From: Antedon mediterranea
Taxonomy: Eukaryota > Animalia > Echinodermata
Direction of reading: 5' to 3'
Assembly: GCF_964355755.1 (NCBI RefSeq)
Contig: NC_092679.1
Span: 5,672,201-5,736,200, forward strand
Length of the DNA stretch: 64,000 bases
Positions 1 through 11,825 of the stretch are shown piece after piece (position 1 is the stretch's first letter; each line of letters starts with the position of its first letter). A model generated the notes under the pieces. That model saw only the letters and a program-made list of their open reading frames with translations. It ran no database searches and was not told the DNA's origin. Position numbers and translations under genes: made by a program.

Positions 1-349
1 AGTTGGCTAGGCTAGGGTGACCGATCTTTTTATAGTGATTGGCTATACTGGGCTAGGTTACCAGTCTATTTATTTGGGAAGTTGGCTAGGCTAGGGTGAC
101 CAGTCTTTTTATAGTCGTTAGCTATACTAGGCTAGGTTACCAGTCTCTTTATTTGGGAAGTTGGCTAGGCTAGGGTGACCAGTCTTTTTATAGTCGTTAG
201 CTATACTAGGCTAGGTTACCAGTCTCTTTATTTGGGAAGTTGGCTAGGCTAGGATGACCAGTCTTTTTATAGTGATTGGCTATACTAGGCTAGGTTACCA
301 GTCTATTTATTTGGGAAGTTGGCTAGGCTAGGGTGACCAGTCCTTTTAT
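1..349. repeat. 79-bp minisatellite (two related ~40-bp subunits), resumes at 1421-1495
   Basis: agttggctaggctag recurs at 1, 80, 159, 238 and 317; the array continues after the inserted element. Confidence 0.9.
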
Positions 350-1420
350 GGGTGTCACGAAAGCTCAGACCCCCTAAGACCTAAGATCACGAAAGCCAAG
401 ACCCAACACCTAAGATTACAAATACTAAGATATACTACAGCTTAAAAACAATACTTGTTTATCCATACATAATTTTAAACACAGTAGGTTTCATTTATTA
501 CCATAAATATAATTTAATACTACCGCAAAACATAGATAAACTCACATTATTTTCGCCCGTTGAGTAAATGTATATTTTTTCTTTACAACAAACAAACTTG
601 ATGGGTTGTTTGTTGGTATATATTTACTCCATTGTGTTGGTTCAGAGGATGTTTTTCTTACGCACCTGCCTTTCTTGTATTTTGACTCCAAATTTGTTGA
701 ATAACTTTATCCTGAATACCACACTTTAAAATTAGGACTTATAAGTACTTTCAGAAGGAGAAACACATAATAACAAATAAATAAATCCTTTAAATTGATG
801 ATTTTACAGACGTGTTTCTTTGTATACTGTAATGTAACTCCTCGAGCTCCTCATGCTCAAGACAATGTTTTTGTTTCTATGGAGCGCCAAAAGAGCAACA
901 ATAATAGTACAAGTATAAAAACAGAAAGAAAACGAAACAAACAAACTTATCATGATTTTTAAATTAAAATTTATTTGCCAGTATTTATTTCTTCGTACTT
1001 GCATGATTATACTATTATCATTACAATTTTAATTTTACATTGTTCCATCCACACTGTAGATGGACTCCACAGAGTTTTCAGCCCTCTATATAATTTTTGC
1101 TCTTTTGACGTTCCATAGAAACAAAAACATTGAACATGGCCCATGGGGTAGTGCCTACTGTACTGTAGGCTAGTCATTTTGTGTGCGAGAAAAACGTCTG
1201 TAAAATCATCAATTTAAAAATGTATTTGTTACTTTTTATGTGATTCTTTTTCATGAAAGTGCCAATTCTAAGGTGTGGTATTCAGAATAAATGTTGGGAG
1301 TTAAAATACAAGGCAGGTGCGAAAGATAAATATTTGTAATCTTAGGTGTTGGGTCTTAGCTTTCGTGATCTTAGGTCTTAGGGGGTCTGAGCTTTCGTGG
1401 TCTGAGCTTTCGTGACACCC
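350..1420. mobile_element. Non-autonomous MULE-like TIR element with internal foldback
   Basis: Termini GGGTGTCACGAAAGCTCAGAC / GTCTGAGCTTTCGTGACACCC; 10-bp TSD gtccttttat at 340-349 and 1421-1430; internal inverted repeat ~660-915 vs ~1090-1320; no transposase ORF. Confidence 0.8.
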
Positions 1421-1649
1421 GTCCTTTTATAGTCGTTAGCTATACTAGGCTAGGTTACCAGTCTCTTTATTTGGGGAGTTGGCTAGGCTAGGGTTAAAAA
1501 ACAAGTACAACATTTAAGGTTTATTTTATTATTTTACATACTATTACAGTCAAATTTCTTTTCTTTCCATTTAGCATACATACCTTGATTAAAAATTATT
1601 AAAAATAATAAATAAAAATGTATATATATATTCCAATTTGTCCCAATAC

Positions 1650-1844
1650 CTGCTGTAATAGGCTGCCCTCGCTTGTCCTCATTTCCTTTTCCATGCCATG
1701 TGACTTCAGCCGTTTCCTTACCATTTTCACCAAATATGACCCAAGCATGGTCCTCTGATAGAGCTAAGTGAACATCATCAAAACCAAGTACCTGGCAAGC
1801 TGCAACCACGGCAAACGCAACCCCAAAACAATCTAACCGATTAC
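1650..1844 (-). CDS. MEN1: Menin, second coding exon (gene continues beyond left edge)
   Basis: [60 protein letters not shown] matches menin; acceptor ttgtag at 1850-1845, phase 1 joins previous exon; donor position uncertain (CAG|gtattg at 1650/1649). Confidence 0.93.
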
Positions 1845-3343
1845 CTACAAGTAACAAAATTGAAGACTTATCGACAAACTTCCACAATACAAGCAAAATT
1901 ATGCAGTGTAAAAACAATACTCTATATTATTATTACTCTATATTACCTACAATAAGTAACAAACAAAATTGAAGTCATTTGGAATTTGTTATTTATGTAA
2001 ATATATTTTATATGAGAATTTTCAATAAAGTCAATCAATCAATTAAACTAGTAGTTAATATAATAAAAAAAATAATAACACATTAAAACATTGTTATTCA
2101 TGCATTTGAACAACATTTCACATGAACAAGGTAATGTTATTAAAATATGAATTAGCATTATGACATCCATTAGAAATGTTTCCACCGTTCACTGATTTTT
2201 AAAACGTTTCATCCAGCAATGTTTTATAATTATACAGCAACCTGTATTTATATCTTTTTATCAGTTATGGTCAATACACTGATCGCTATTAAATCTTCCA
2301 AAATGTATAAAATCTACTCCATTTTAAGATGAAGGGATTATGTCAAGATAATTTACTTTAGATACTGCAGTAATTCCATTTTTAATAATAACATATGATT
2401 TTATGGTTTGTTTCAAAGAAGTTTATGAGGCAGTCGTCACTGCAGTAGCAGTGTGTGTAATGATTAGCGCAAAAAAGCCTGAATTTGTAATTGTAGTATA
2501 GTAAAATAAAATGTATTTACTGCAGTAACTGTAGGAGAAAATAATTTTTACAGCATATCTAAGAAGATCTACTGGAAAAAGGAATGTAAAATAACCAATG
2601 AACTATCTTTTTAATATAACATACTAAAATTAAACTTCATAGACAAATTTAACATGGACAACCATCTTGCCCATTGTGACATACAGCTGTATTTAACATT
2701 TACAGTTACTTTTGTGAAAGAACCTCGCAGTTTAATAAATTCTTTCTCAATTAAATACCACTTATAAATTATGGGGAAATTCTTGAATATTGATGTGAAT
2801 GATATACTTTGTATTTAATTTATGGAAATATTACATGTATTAGTGTGACACTGATTACTTGTTTGGAACTTCTAGCAAAACTCAGTCAGTTTGCAAAATT
2901 ATTTTGGACAGAAAACAACATAAAGTAGAATGCATATTTACCTAAAATCCATATTAGGCCTATATTAAATATAGTAAATAATCCCCTCTTTATTTACTGA
3001 TTACCCACAGGCAATAGAATATTAAACTAGTTTATCAAATGCATCCTCATTCAATAGCAACAGTATGAATAGCAATGAACTATAATAAACTTGGAAAAGA
3101 GCAATGTGACTCGGATTCCATGAAAAGGGAAATTCCCTAGATGATGTCATCATCCAATAAGAATAGAAACTAGTACGTAAACAATGAGCTTTTAAAATAA
3201 GCTAGATAATATTAAAATTTCATATTTAATAATACAAATTTAAAACAAATTTTCAACAAACACTTCTTTGGAATCACTGATGGTATCTAGAAATACTAAA
3301 TAGCAGTGCGTTTTATATTTGAATTTGTTATTATTTACAACAT

Positions 3344-3640
3344 ACTGGGCGACCTCTTCAGTCAAAGACTGGTCTCTCAGAGGCCCAGTTATGATCAGTG
3401 GCTGTGTGTGTACTAGCACACCAGGGTAACCTCAAACTCGTCTCCAAAGATGTACTAGGTTCTTTAAAGTTCACATGAGCTAGATGTGTACACTGGACCT
3501 ACGGTTTATAGTTCTTATCCAAGAAGACTTGTTGTACCACCAGAACCATGGAGCTAGTGAGCACTCGAACCCTTGCCGATGTTATGGCATGTGGCATGGC
3601 ATATGTAATTACGGTTCCACTGTCTTAACCACTGGGCCAG
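3344..3640 (-). mobile_element. tRNA-derived SINE, MetaSINE-like core; related copies ~15340-15620 (+), ~42155-42353 (-), 3' fragment ~13587-13650 (+)
   Basis: Minus strand A box TGGCCCAGTGG and B box GGTTCGAGTGC, then core gataagaactataaaccgtaggtcc...actttaaagaacctagtacatc shared with the 15340 and 42155 copies. Meta-domain resemblance is from memory. Confidence 0.65.
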
Positions 3641-6383
3641 TTTCTATCAGTATCACTAGTGAATTATTCAAGTATCATTTTCTGGTGGCCAAGTCCTAAA
3701 GTTCTTTCTTTCTCATATAACAACTTCACTACTGTATATGTGGGAAGAGAAATTTAAACAAGTTCAAAATGCCCTCTATCTAACCAACAGATTTTAAAAT
3801 TATAAGTATTTAATATTACATGTTTTATACAGAGTTTTTTTGCCAAAAAAAATGTTTATATCGAATGATTATCGAATATACTTATAGCCACTGTGAAACC
3901 TTGCACTCATCTCTATAATGTTGTAAATTGCATACGGTAAATGAAAAAAAAACTAAATGTTACGAAATCCAATCTAAAGAACTGAAAACGTTGAAAGAAA
4001 TGTTTAATTTACGACACTATGTTCTTAATGTGCCAACTAAAGATTATGTGCTTCTTTGCAGCAATTCCCAGGGTGACCGATTAAGATTTGCAAGGCAATA
4101 CAATGTACCTGGATTTCATCTGCATAAATAGTGAGTTTACGAATTACAGATATCACAATAGCTATTTGGCATTGTACGATGTTCATAAAATCTTATTATA
4201 AAATTTAGTAAGTATTTATTATCCTCCAAAAACATAAAAAAATGAAGATTAAAAGAATAAATCAGATTTTGACCAATAGGACATTTTGTAGTTTTTTAAA
4301 AAGTTAAATCACTTCCACAGAAAAAAAAACCTGAAAAATAATATTATTTTTTATTCATTTTATTTAATTAATAAATAATAGTATATTTATTTTTCTTTGG
4401 AAAAGTGAGTACTTTATCAAAAACTACAAACAAATTGATTGCTCTTTACTTTTTTTTTTAGGTTTTAGAAATTATCTATCAATTTATGGAAATAAATATT
4501 TTATAACAATTTTTAGGCAGAATTGTCATTTTGTTCAGTTTGTTTTTTGTGCAGTTATGTTTTCGTATAGCAAGCAATGTCATATTATAATTAGCGTCGT
4601 AACAGCAAAGTGTTCAGATTTGCTTTAAAACTAACACTTTCATTTGAAACTGAAGTGTCTGGTATGTAAGCGAAAATTTGATTGGTTAAGTCAAATCGTT
4701 GATGCATGACTTTAGTATCGTAAGCGTCGTTCTTGTAACTTGAGCTGTCGTAACAAACGAAAGATCAGTGTCGTAAGAGATGGCATCAACTAATCTTTTC
4801 CTCGTTCAGACCAATGGAGTTCAGTTGTACACCGCGTACAATACGAAAGCAAAACTCTGTAGGTCTGAACAGGCCCTTAATTACAGAACCTTTCAATACC
4901 ACTAACAACTTAAAATCTAAGCCAGTATTAACCTTTAATTTAGCTAAATTATTTCGTTAGATAAGAGTCCTTGATCTTGGAAAAGGTTGATGCATAATTG
5001 GTTGTTGCATCATCATAATTCTTAGTACTAATGAGTCAGTCAAAGAGTAATTAGAAGTGACCTTCATCACCATTATCAAGTCTAAAAAATCTATTACTAA
5101 TTCAACATAACCAGCAGTGTTTACAATGCCCACTGAAAATTATTCCATCTTTTTTTAATTAGCATGTGCTTGAGTTGAGAAACTCATACAGTATTATTAC
5201 AGCTTCAAAGATGTTTTAAGATTGTTACCAAAAAATGAAAAATAAAGAAAGAAAATCAGACTTCGAATAGGCTATTTTGTAATTTATTTTATTTATTTAC
5301 TTTTGTTTTTAAAAAAAAACACCAAAATAATATTTTTGCTGAAAATTATTATATTTAACCAATACTACATTGACTTCCTTGTTTTTTTATTATGATTTTT
5401 AAGGTAATACTTTTTTTCGATCCAATTTTTGGTCAAAGTGAATAACTTTCTTACCCCAATTGTCAAATAGGAATTCTGATGTTTCCTAAGACTATGTAAG
5501 AGCTAATTTAAAGGCTCCCTAAAGTTAAAAATAATTATAATTTGAACATTTACTGTATGAGCTGCTCTTTACCAAAGAAGGTGTCACGGTGCTTTAAAAG
5601 AATTAGAAGAAATATTAAAAAGAATACATATTAGTATTATTATTCATCAGAATAGATGATATAATATAATAATGATAAATAATCTCATTAATCCTAGAGC
5701 AATAATTGAGTCACAAACCAGAGAATGTTATGGTTGTTCACTGATGTGTTTAATTTGTTTGTGGAAGTTAACTATTATTATCATCAATGTAAATAACAGA
5801 TTTGTTATGATTCACGATGTTGATTAATAATGTTTAAATGTGGCAGAAAAAAAACACAAACGAGAGGTTTGATAATCAAATTTGTAGTGTATGCTATTTT
5901 AAAAAATAAAAAATATTCTTATATTTCTTGACACAATATCTGCAACATACAGTAATTGTGATATTGCCTCAATTTGGTTAGATGCCTGATTGATACAGTA
6001 ATAATGGTTTATATTATTATTTCATGTTGGAATTCAGTGAAATACCAGAGTAACTAATAATCAAGGCCTAGTTTTTTTATTTTTTAGCGATGACATTATA
6101 ACAAATTTAGCCTACTATCAGTTAAAGAGGTCATGACAGATTTAATTGGAAATGTGTTCTAGAGGGAGTGCTTTACTCTGTTAAATCTGTATGGAGAAGG
6201 TCAACGTAAACAAATGCATGTTTATTACATTTGATTCATGTTGAGTAATACCACTGCAAGGTGTGACTATTATCAGTCATGGTTAGTAGTGATGATTCAG
6301 TAGCAGATAAAGAAAACCAATCAAAAGAAAATTCTGTCATTACTTATGGTTACTTTGATGCGGTTAAATTTGGGAGGTTTTAA

Positions 6384-7426
6384 CACTTTGACTGCCAAAC
6401 ACGAAGATCTTCGTTTTTGGAAACACAACGCTTGACTGCCAAACACGAAGATCTTCGTTTTTCGCGTTTTTTTACGAAATCCGGTAGGTAGGTTAATTAT
6501 TGGTATATACTATAAATATGAACACTAAATTCGGTCTGGACCGTGAATGTTTTACCTTTTGAAAGTAACTAATCTGGTTACGAACGATTGTCAAAATGGT
6601 ACCTGTCGAAATAACATACACCGCGCATCACAGTAGCGCGTACAGCGATGGTTTGGCGCATTGTGTATCGGTCGCGCGCTAGCTATGCCGCCGAAGCATT
6701 ACAAAGGTTTATGTGGATTGGCATGTTTGTTTGTTATCTGAATAAAAAATAATGGATGAATTTTCAATAAGAAGTCTTTAATTTTATTATTGTATGTATA
6801 CCCTAATTGTTTTGGTGTTTCACTGTAAGTGGCCGAATTTCACGCAACAAACTTGTTTAGAAATGGTATGAATATTATCATCAGTTTACTAGCTAGGCTA
6901 GTAGTACTAGGCTATAGCCTAGGCCTAGTCGTAAAACGGTTCCGGACCAACTTTAGGCCTAGTTAACTGGGCCTGGTGTCTTTACTATGTGGATTTTGGC
7001 GAAACATTGATGTAAGATTTATGATTTATAAAATGTAATACATTTTTCGATAGTGATAACTTGTTTTTATAGGCCTACCGGTGCCGTGTAAGTAACTTTT
7101 TCGTTGTTTGTTGATCTCACCGGGCGATATTTTCATATTGTGATGTCTTGCACAAAATCGCGAATATCTCGACTTTCTTGCGCGAAACTACGAAAAACTC
7201 AAAAAGTGCGTTACTTTCATTTTACTATTACGATTTATATATTGCGATTTGAAAATCGTTCTTGGTACCATTGTAAAGCTAAAATCTTTATGATTATTTT
7301 AGTCTAAATTACATGTAAATCAGATCACATACATAGTTTCAATCAGCTTTAATAAAAACATCGAATTGGGCTATAAACGCTGGCGGTGGCAGTTTCTAAA
7401 TGGAAAAACCTCTGGCAGTCAAAGTG
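6384..7426 (+). mobile_element. Non-autonomous piggyBac-like element
   Basis: TIR CACTTTGACTGCCA / TGGCAGTCAAAGTG flanked by TTAA at 6380-6383 and 7427-7430; second copy in opposite orientation at ~58395-59646. Confidence 0.85.
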
Positions 7427-7464
7427 TTAATACATCTACAGTGCAATACCATAAATATTTCTAA

Positions 7465-7643
7465 AGCTTGGTTCCCACTAGAACGTAACGCAAGGACGTA
7501 AACGCAACGCAAGCGCTTTAACCAATGACAAGCAAAGTTATAGACAGTTAGCAATCACAAGCAAATAAGCCATCGCTTGTGATTGGTCAATTCACTTGCG
7601 TTGCGTTACGTCCTTGTGTTGCGTCGCTAGTGGGAACCACGCT
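7465..7643. mobile_element. PIF/Harbinger-type (Tourist-like) palindromic MITE
   Basis: AGCTTGGTTCCCACTAG ... CTAGTGGGAACCACGCT with TAA on both sides; an end fragment also lies at ~42900-42930. Confidence 0.75.
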
Positions 7644-7645
7644 TA

Positions 7646-8060
7646 ATAGTAACCCATACTCTAATAGTAACCCCGCTTCTAATAGTAACCCACCTTATAA
7701 GTCAATCTATAATAATAACCCACTACTTTAATAGCAAACCAAGGGGGTTACTATTAGAGTCACAAAAACTTATGATGCAGCAGATTTTGAAAATAAGGAG
7801 ATATTGCTTGTTGATCTCGCGAGTGAGGAGAAATGAGTGTTTTTGAGTTTATAAAATAAAGTTATTTAAGTTAAAAGAGTTTTATTATTTTGCTATGAGT
7901 TGCTGACCGGAAAAGTTGGGGGTGGGTTACTATTTTCAGGTGCCTAATTTAAGATTAGTAATACTAATAATAGTAACCCACTACTCTAATAGTGACCTCC
8001 CTTCTAATAGTAACCCACCCTAAAAAAACAATCAAAGAATAATAACCCAGGGTTACGGTA
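7646..8060. repeat. aatagtaaccc-rich direct/inverted repeat block, probable DNA-transposon remnant
   Basis: Many ctaatagtaaccc copies plus inverse gggttactatt; ends in gggttacggta. Confidence 0.5.
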
Positions 8061-8816
8061 AATTATTTTGATTTTTATTTTATTTTATCGAAACCAACAG
8101 CGATAATTACCGCCACTAACAGGTTTGATACAAACAAAGCCAGGACTGTTTAAAGCACCTTGATTGGTCCTAACATTGATCAAGGGCTTCTCTCGTCCAG
8201 TGCCCACCTTGACTGGGCTTAGCATCCAGTATAGCTAAAATCAATGCTAAAATTGTTTTGACACTGGACGGGCCAAGGACTTGAACTACTAATTTCACCC
8301 CTTCATTTCCCCTGCTTGTGCTACAGTACCAAATCTTTGAAAATATATCCTGTAAATGCAGCACTTCCCCGTATGGAAATATAAGTGACCGGGAAGGGGT
8401 TCAACTACATTTTGATATTTTTGTTAGCAATCCTCTGTTTGAAAAATCCTGGATCCACCCGTGGATAATTACATTCGTTCAAAAGTCCAGAATTACAAAC
8501 AAAACGATAATCAAAACACAAATACAAATTCTTTGCCACACAGGTTCGATCGAAAGTCCCCATTCCCTTTTTCAAGCTCTAGACCATGTTATTTATTTTG
8601 CCGTGGCTAGGGATACCAAACCGTATCTTTTTCTTTGGCTGCTTCCGGCAATTGCAACCTAAAAAAAAATTCCTTTAGACAATGGTAAGTAAAAGAAAAA
8701 ATTATAAATAACTGGCGAATATCCTTCGAAAATCATGGCATCAACACCGTTAGGTTCCCTAGTCACACCGTTCGACCATGTAGTTGCTGCTGACTTCCAG
8801 AATATCATTGCCATAA

Positions 8817-9154
8817 TGCACTTGTCAATTGTATGACCCACTATACGACCCCCGGGAGAGGTGCGTCATTTGTCCGATGTGCGTCATACTTTTGAATACC
8901 ATGACGCACCTGTGCGTCAAAAAGGTGACTTACCTTTAGGTGACCATGACGCACCCATTTTGACGCACTGTGACCATGTTGTTTATGATATGGTGGGTGG
9001 TAAAGTGACGGACATTGACACACCTTGTTCATTGATGTGACGTACCATCTAGGTTTTTTGACGCACCCCTGCGTCAGTAATTATTTGTAAATGACGCACC
9101 CATGACGCACCTCTCCCGGGGGTCGTATAGTGAGTCATACAATTGACAAGTGCA
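8817..9154. mobile_element. PIF/Harbinger-type MITE (copy 1)
   Basis: TIR TGCACTTGTCAATTGTATGACCCACTATACGACCCCCGGG; TAA TSD at 8814-8816 and 9155-9157; near-identical copy at 59010-59337. Confidence 0.88.
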
Positions 9155-9430
9155 TAACTACATCTACGCTTACATAGCACCCTCTATAATTACTGTACCT
9201 TTTGTTTTTAGAAGTATGGTAGCGTACCTCTAGACACAACATTATTTTCATAACAAAAATTGCAATTTTGCGCTTACAAATTCACTGCTTTTCATGCAAT
9301 TATTATTATTATTATTTGTCTGCCCTTAGTTAGTGCATTAAATATAGTGCAACTGAGTTTGTAGTAGGGAACCATATTAATACATTAAGTCGGATGAATA
9401 GCCACACAGCGTTTATATAGCCATACCTAC

Positions 9431-9854
9431 CTGTCAAATAGCTGTATAATGACTGTAAATGTGCCTTATCTTTATAATGTCCACGACATAATGAGCTCCA
9501 AACTACATCTGATATTTTCTTCACCATTTCTCTTGTAGCAAAATTCGATTTGTGCTCGCTGAGATCAACAGAGCCTTTGATTTGCGATTCAAACTTTGCA
9601 AGAAAGGCCTCAACATACGACATTTGTACTACCGGGAAAATAGGCTCAAGCGTGCGAGACTCATTCATGCCTTCCATCACCGTATTGGCGCGATTACTCG
9701 TCAGGCCATTCTCCACGATGCCTGCTACTAAAGACAGCATTGCTAGGTTTGGTTCATGACCATCTGTAGTTAGTTCTAAACGAAATAATTCAACAACAGA
9801 CTGTATGTCTTGTAATGGAAATAAACGTTTCGCTGCGTCCCGAAATCCCGCCAT
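9431..9854 (-). CDS. MEN1: Menin, first coding exon
   Basis: MAGFRDAAKRLFPL...EPNLAMLSLVAGIVEN...VKKISDVVWSSL...YKDKAHLQSLYSYLTG matches the menin N-terminus; ATG at 9854; donor ACAG|gtaggt at 9431, phase 1. Confidence 0.95.
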
Positions 9855-10233
9855 CTTTGGCTTAGCTCTTTGCATCTCGAAGTAAACAACAAGACGTGAT
9901 CAGTCGTCCAAAACAAACACAGCAACAACCAGCAGCAGTGAGTGTTGCTGTTGTTGATGATATGGTCAAATTGATAGTTATTCGGTGAAATATCGCATCA
10001 ATAACCAACATATAGTCACGATTTCTGTTGACTCACTTTCGAAAGATGACAAATAGCAATTACCTTTTTTATTTGCCGTTAACAATAAGTGAGAAATAGC
10101 GTAATTTCTACATGCATCCACGTGCGTCATCCATTGGGTCAATGAACTTTTCGTTCGTTGTGAAGGAATTCCAGAGGGAGTCCTTTATCAGGAGATAAAA
10201 ACACATGTTTATTCGAACGCTCTTTTTTTTCAG
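9845..10233. promoter_or_regulatory. Probable bidirectional promoter between MEN1 and the 10488 gene
   Basis: Divergent genes ~630 bp apart; CpG-richer than flanks; YY1-like AAGATGGCGG overlaps the MEN1 ATG on the minus strand. Confidence 0.5.
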
Positions 10234-10487
10234 ATCAGGATAGTACAGGTATTTTGTTTTATTATACACTGTATAATAACACAGTAACCATTATTTGCCA
10301 ACCTGTAGTTTTATCTAGCTTGTGGTTTTAAACAAGACATTTCTGGGGAATTTCTGATGATGCTGGTTTTTTTTGCTTTATATAAATCAGAGAGTTAATA
10401 TTTAATTACAACTCTATCTTTAGAAATTATCTTTGTTTACTTTTTCTGTGTGATTTTAATTTCAGAATACAGGTGGTGGTGATATGA

Positions 10488-10931
10488 ATGATGGCAATGC
10501 TAACTGGGAAAGCCCTTCTATGTTTCCTTGAAGATGGGTCTCACTTTCAAAGAATACTCATTTCTGAAAAACAAGAACAATTTGGCCTTTCAGGAAAGCC
10601 AATTATTCCACCCGAGGGAAGCTACCACGAATGTTGTTTCGATGATATACCACATTTCTTCAGCATAAAAATTATCAAACATTCAACCAATGAGATTGTG
10701 GTAATCAAACATGTGATGAAAACAGGTGGTGATAACTGTTCACTGCAGAATGAACAATTTGATTTTCACACAGATGAGCTGTTAGTAGGCTCAAAAGCTG
10801 AAACTGCAATAACACAGTATTTTAATCCTGGACTTAAAGGAAGACAGTGTTATGTATGTGTTGGAAATATTTCAATAACATTGGGACCAAATCAATTTAC
10901 TGGATATGTACTTGATGATGATGGTTTCTGA
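10488..10931 (+). CDS. Uncharacterised ~147-aa protein, single coding exon
   Basis: Non-repetitive globular-looking ORF; polypyrimidine+cag acceptor at 10465; candidate 15-nt 5'UTR exon 10234-10248 (cag|...|gtattt); AATAAA ~22 nt after the stop. Confidence 0.72.
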   Translation: MMAMLTGKALLCFLEDGSHFQRILISEKQEQFGLSGKPIIPPEGSYHECCFDDIPHFFSIKIIKHSTNEIVVIKHVMKTGGDNCSLQNEQFDFHTDELLVGSKAETAITQYFNPGLKGRQCYVCVGNISITLGPNQFTGYVLDDDGF

Positions 10932-11221
10932 AGAAACTACTGTACCTACATTAATAAATCAATCATTTTATTTGGTGTATTTTAAAAGGAAATCCATACC
11001 CAATTAGAAAATGGCAACTAAATTTATTTTGAAAATAAAAAGTCAAGATGCAAAATAATTGTTGAGGCAACTACAGTAATTGTTAGTATAATTCTGTGTG
11101 AATAATAAGGTGATCAGAATTAGCTTTTCACAATTCAAGCAAAGGACAAGTATGACATTCTTGTTTATTATTACTACTACAGCATTTTCTGGCAATTTTG
11201 TCTTCTGGCAATCTTCATATA

Positions 11222-11495
11222 CCTTGATGAATATTTATATTATCTTGATGAATATTTATATTATCTTGATGAATATTTATAAATATTTAAATTATCTTAA
11301 TGAATATTTATATTATCTTGATAAATATTTATATTATCTTGATGAATTTTTATATTATCTTGAACATTTATATTATCTTGATGAACATTTATATTATCTT
11401 GATGAATATTTATATTATCTTGATGAATATTTATATTATCTTGATGAATATTTATATTATCTTGATGAATATATTTATATATCTTGATGAATATT
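11222..11495. repeat. 21-bp minisatellite (ttatattatcttgatgaatat)n
   Basis: About 13 tandem units between the convergent 10488 gene and SMIM12. Confidence 0.95.
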
Positions 11496-11558
11496 CATAT
11501 CATGATCCATTTATTACTGTATAAAAAGATAGAAATTGAGATAGTTTTTTTAAATTTG

Positions 11559-11825
11559 TTAAGTTGGCCTATTTCGATTCAATATAGTCCTAGGTATCTC
11601 TTTCTTTGCTTTTAGGCTGTCGACTTGAATGGCTTCTTCTTCATCTATATGCTTAAGCAAACGATCTTCTCTTTCTTCTACAATACTAGTCTCTCTATAT
11701 GCTTGCTGTCGACCTCCGCGTACTAAGTTCTCAAAATTGTAACCAATCACTCCAATGATTACAGCAGCAGGAAACGTAACATACGGTGCATACGTCCGTA
11801 AACCTGCAAGAATCACTGGCCACAT
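11559..11825 (-). CDS. SMIM12: Small integral membrane protein 12
   Basis: MWPV...RTYAPYVTFPAAVIIGVIGYNFE...SIVEEREDRLL...QVDSLK...ILNRNRP matches SMIM12; splice acceptor just upstream of the ATG (11836-11837). Confidence 0.95.
   Translation of the reverse strand: MWPVILAGLRTYAPYVTFPAAVIIGVIGYNFENLVRGGRQQAYRETSIVEEREDRLLKHIDEEEAIQVDSLKAKKEIPRTILNRNRPT

Noticed and set aside
8841-9032. 63-aa ORF nearly repeated at 59034-59363
   Set aside because: Both lie in copies of the same non-coding MITE.
9855-9875. N-terminal extension MQRAKPK of menin
   Set aside because: Homology starts at MAGFR, whose ATG has the stronger context (AAGATGG); upstream ATG use is unsupported.
11098-11524. ORFs with YLDEYLY / MNIYIIL repeats
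   Set aside because: Open frames produced by a 21-bp minisatellite; no coding complexity.
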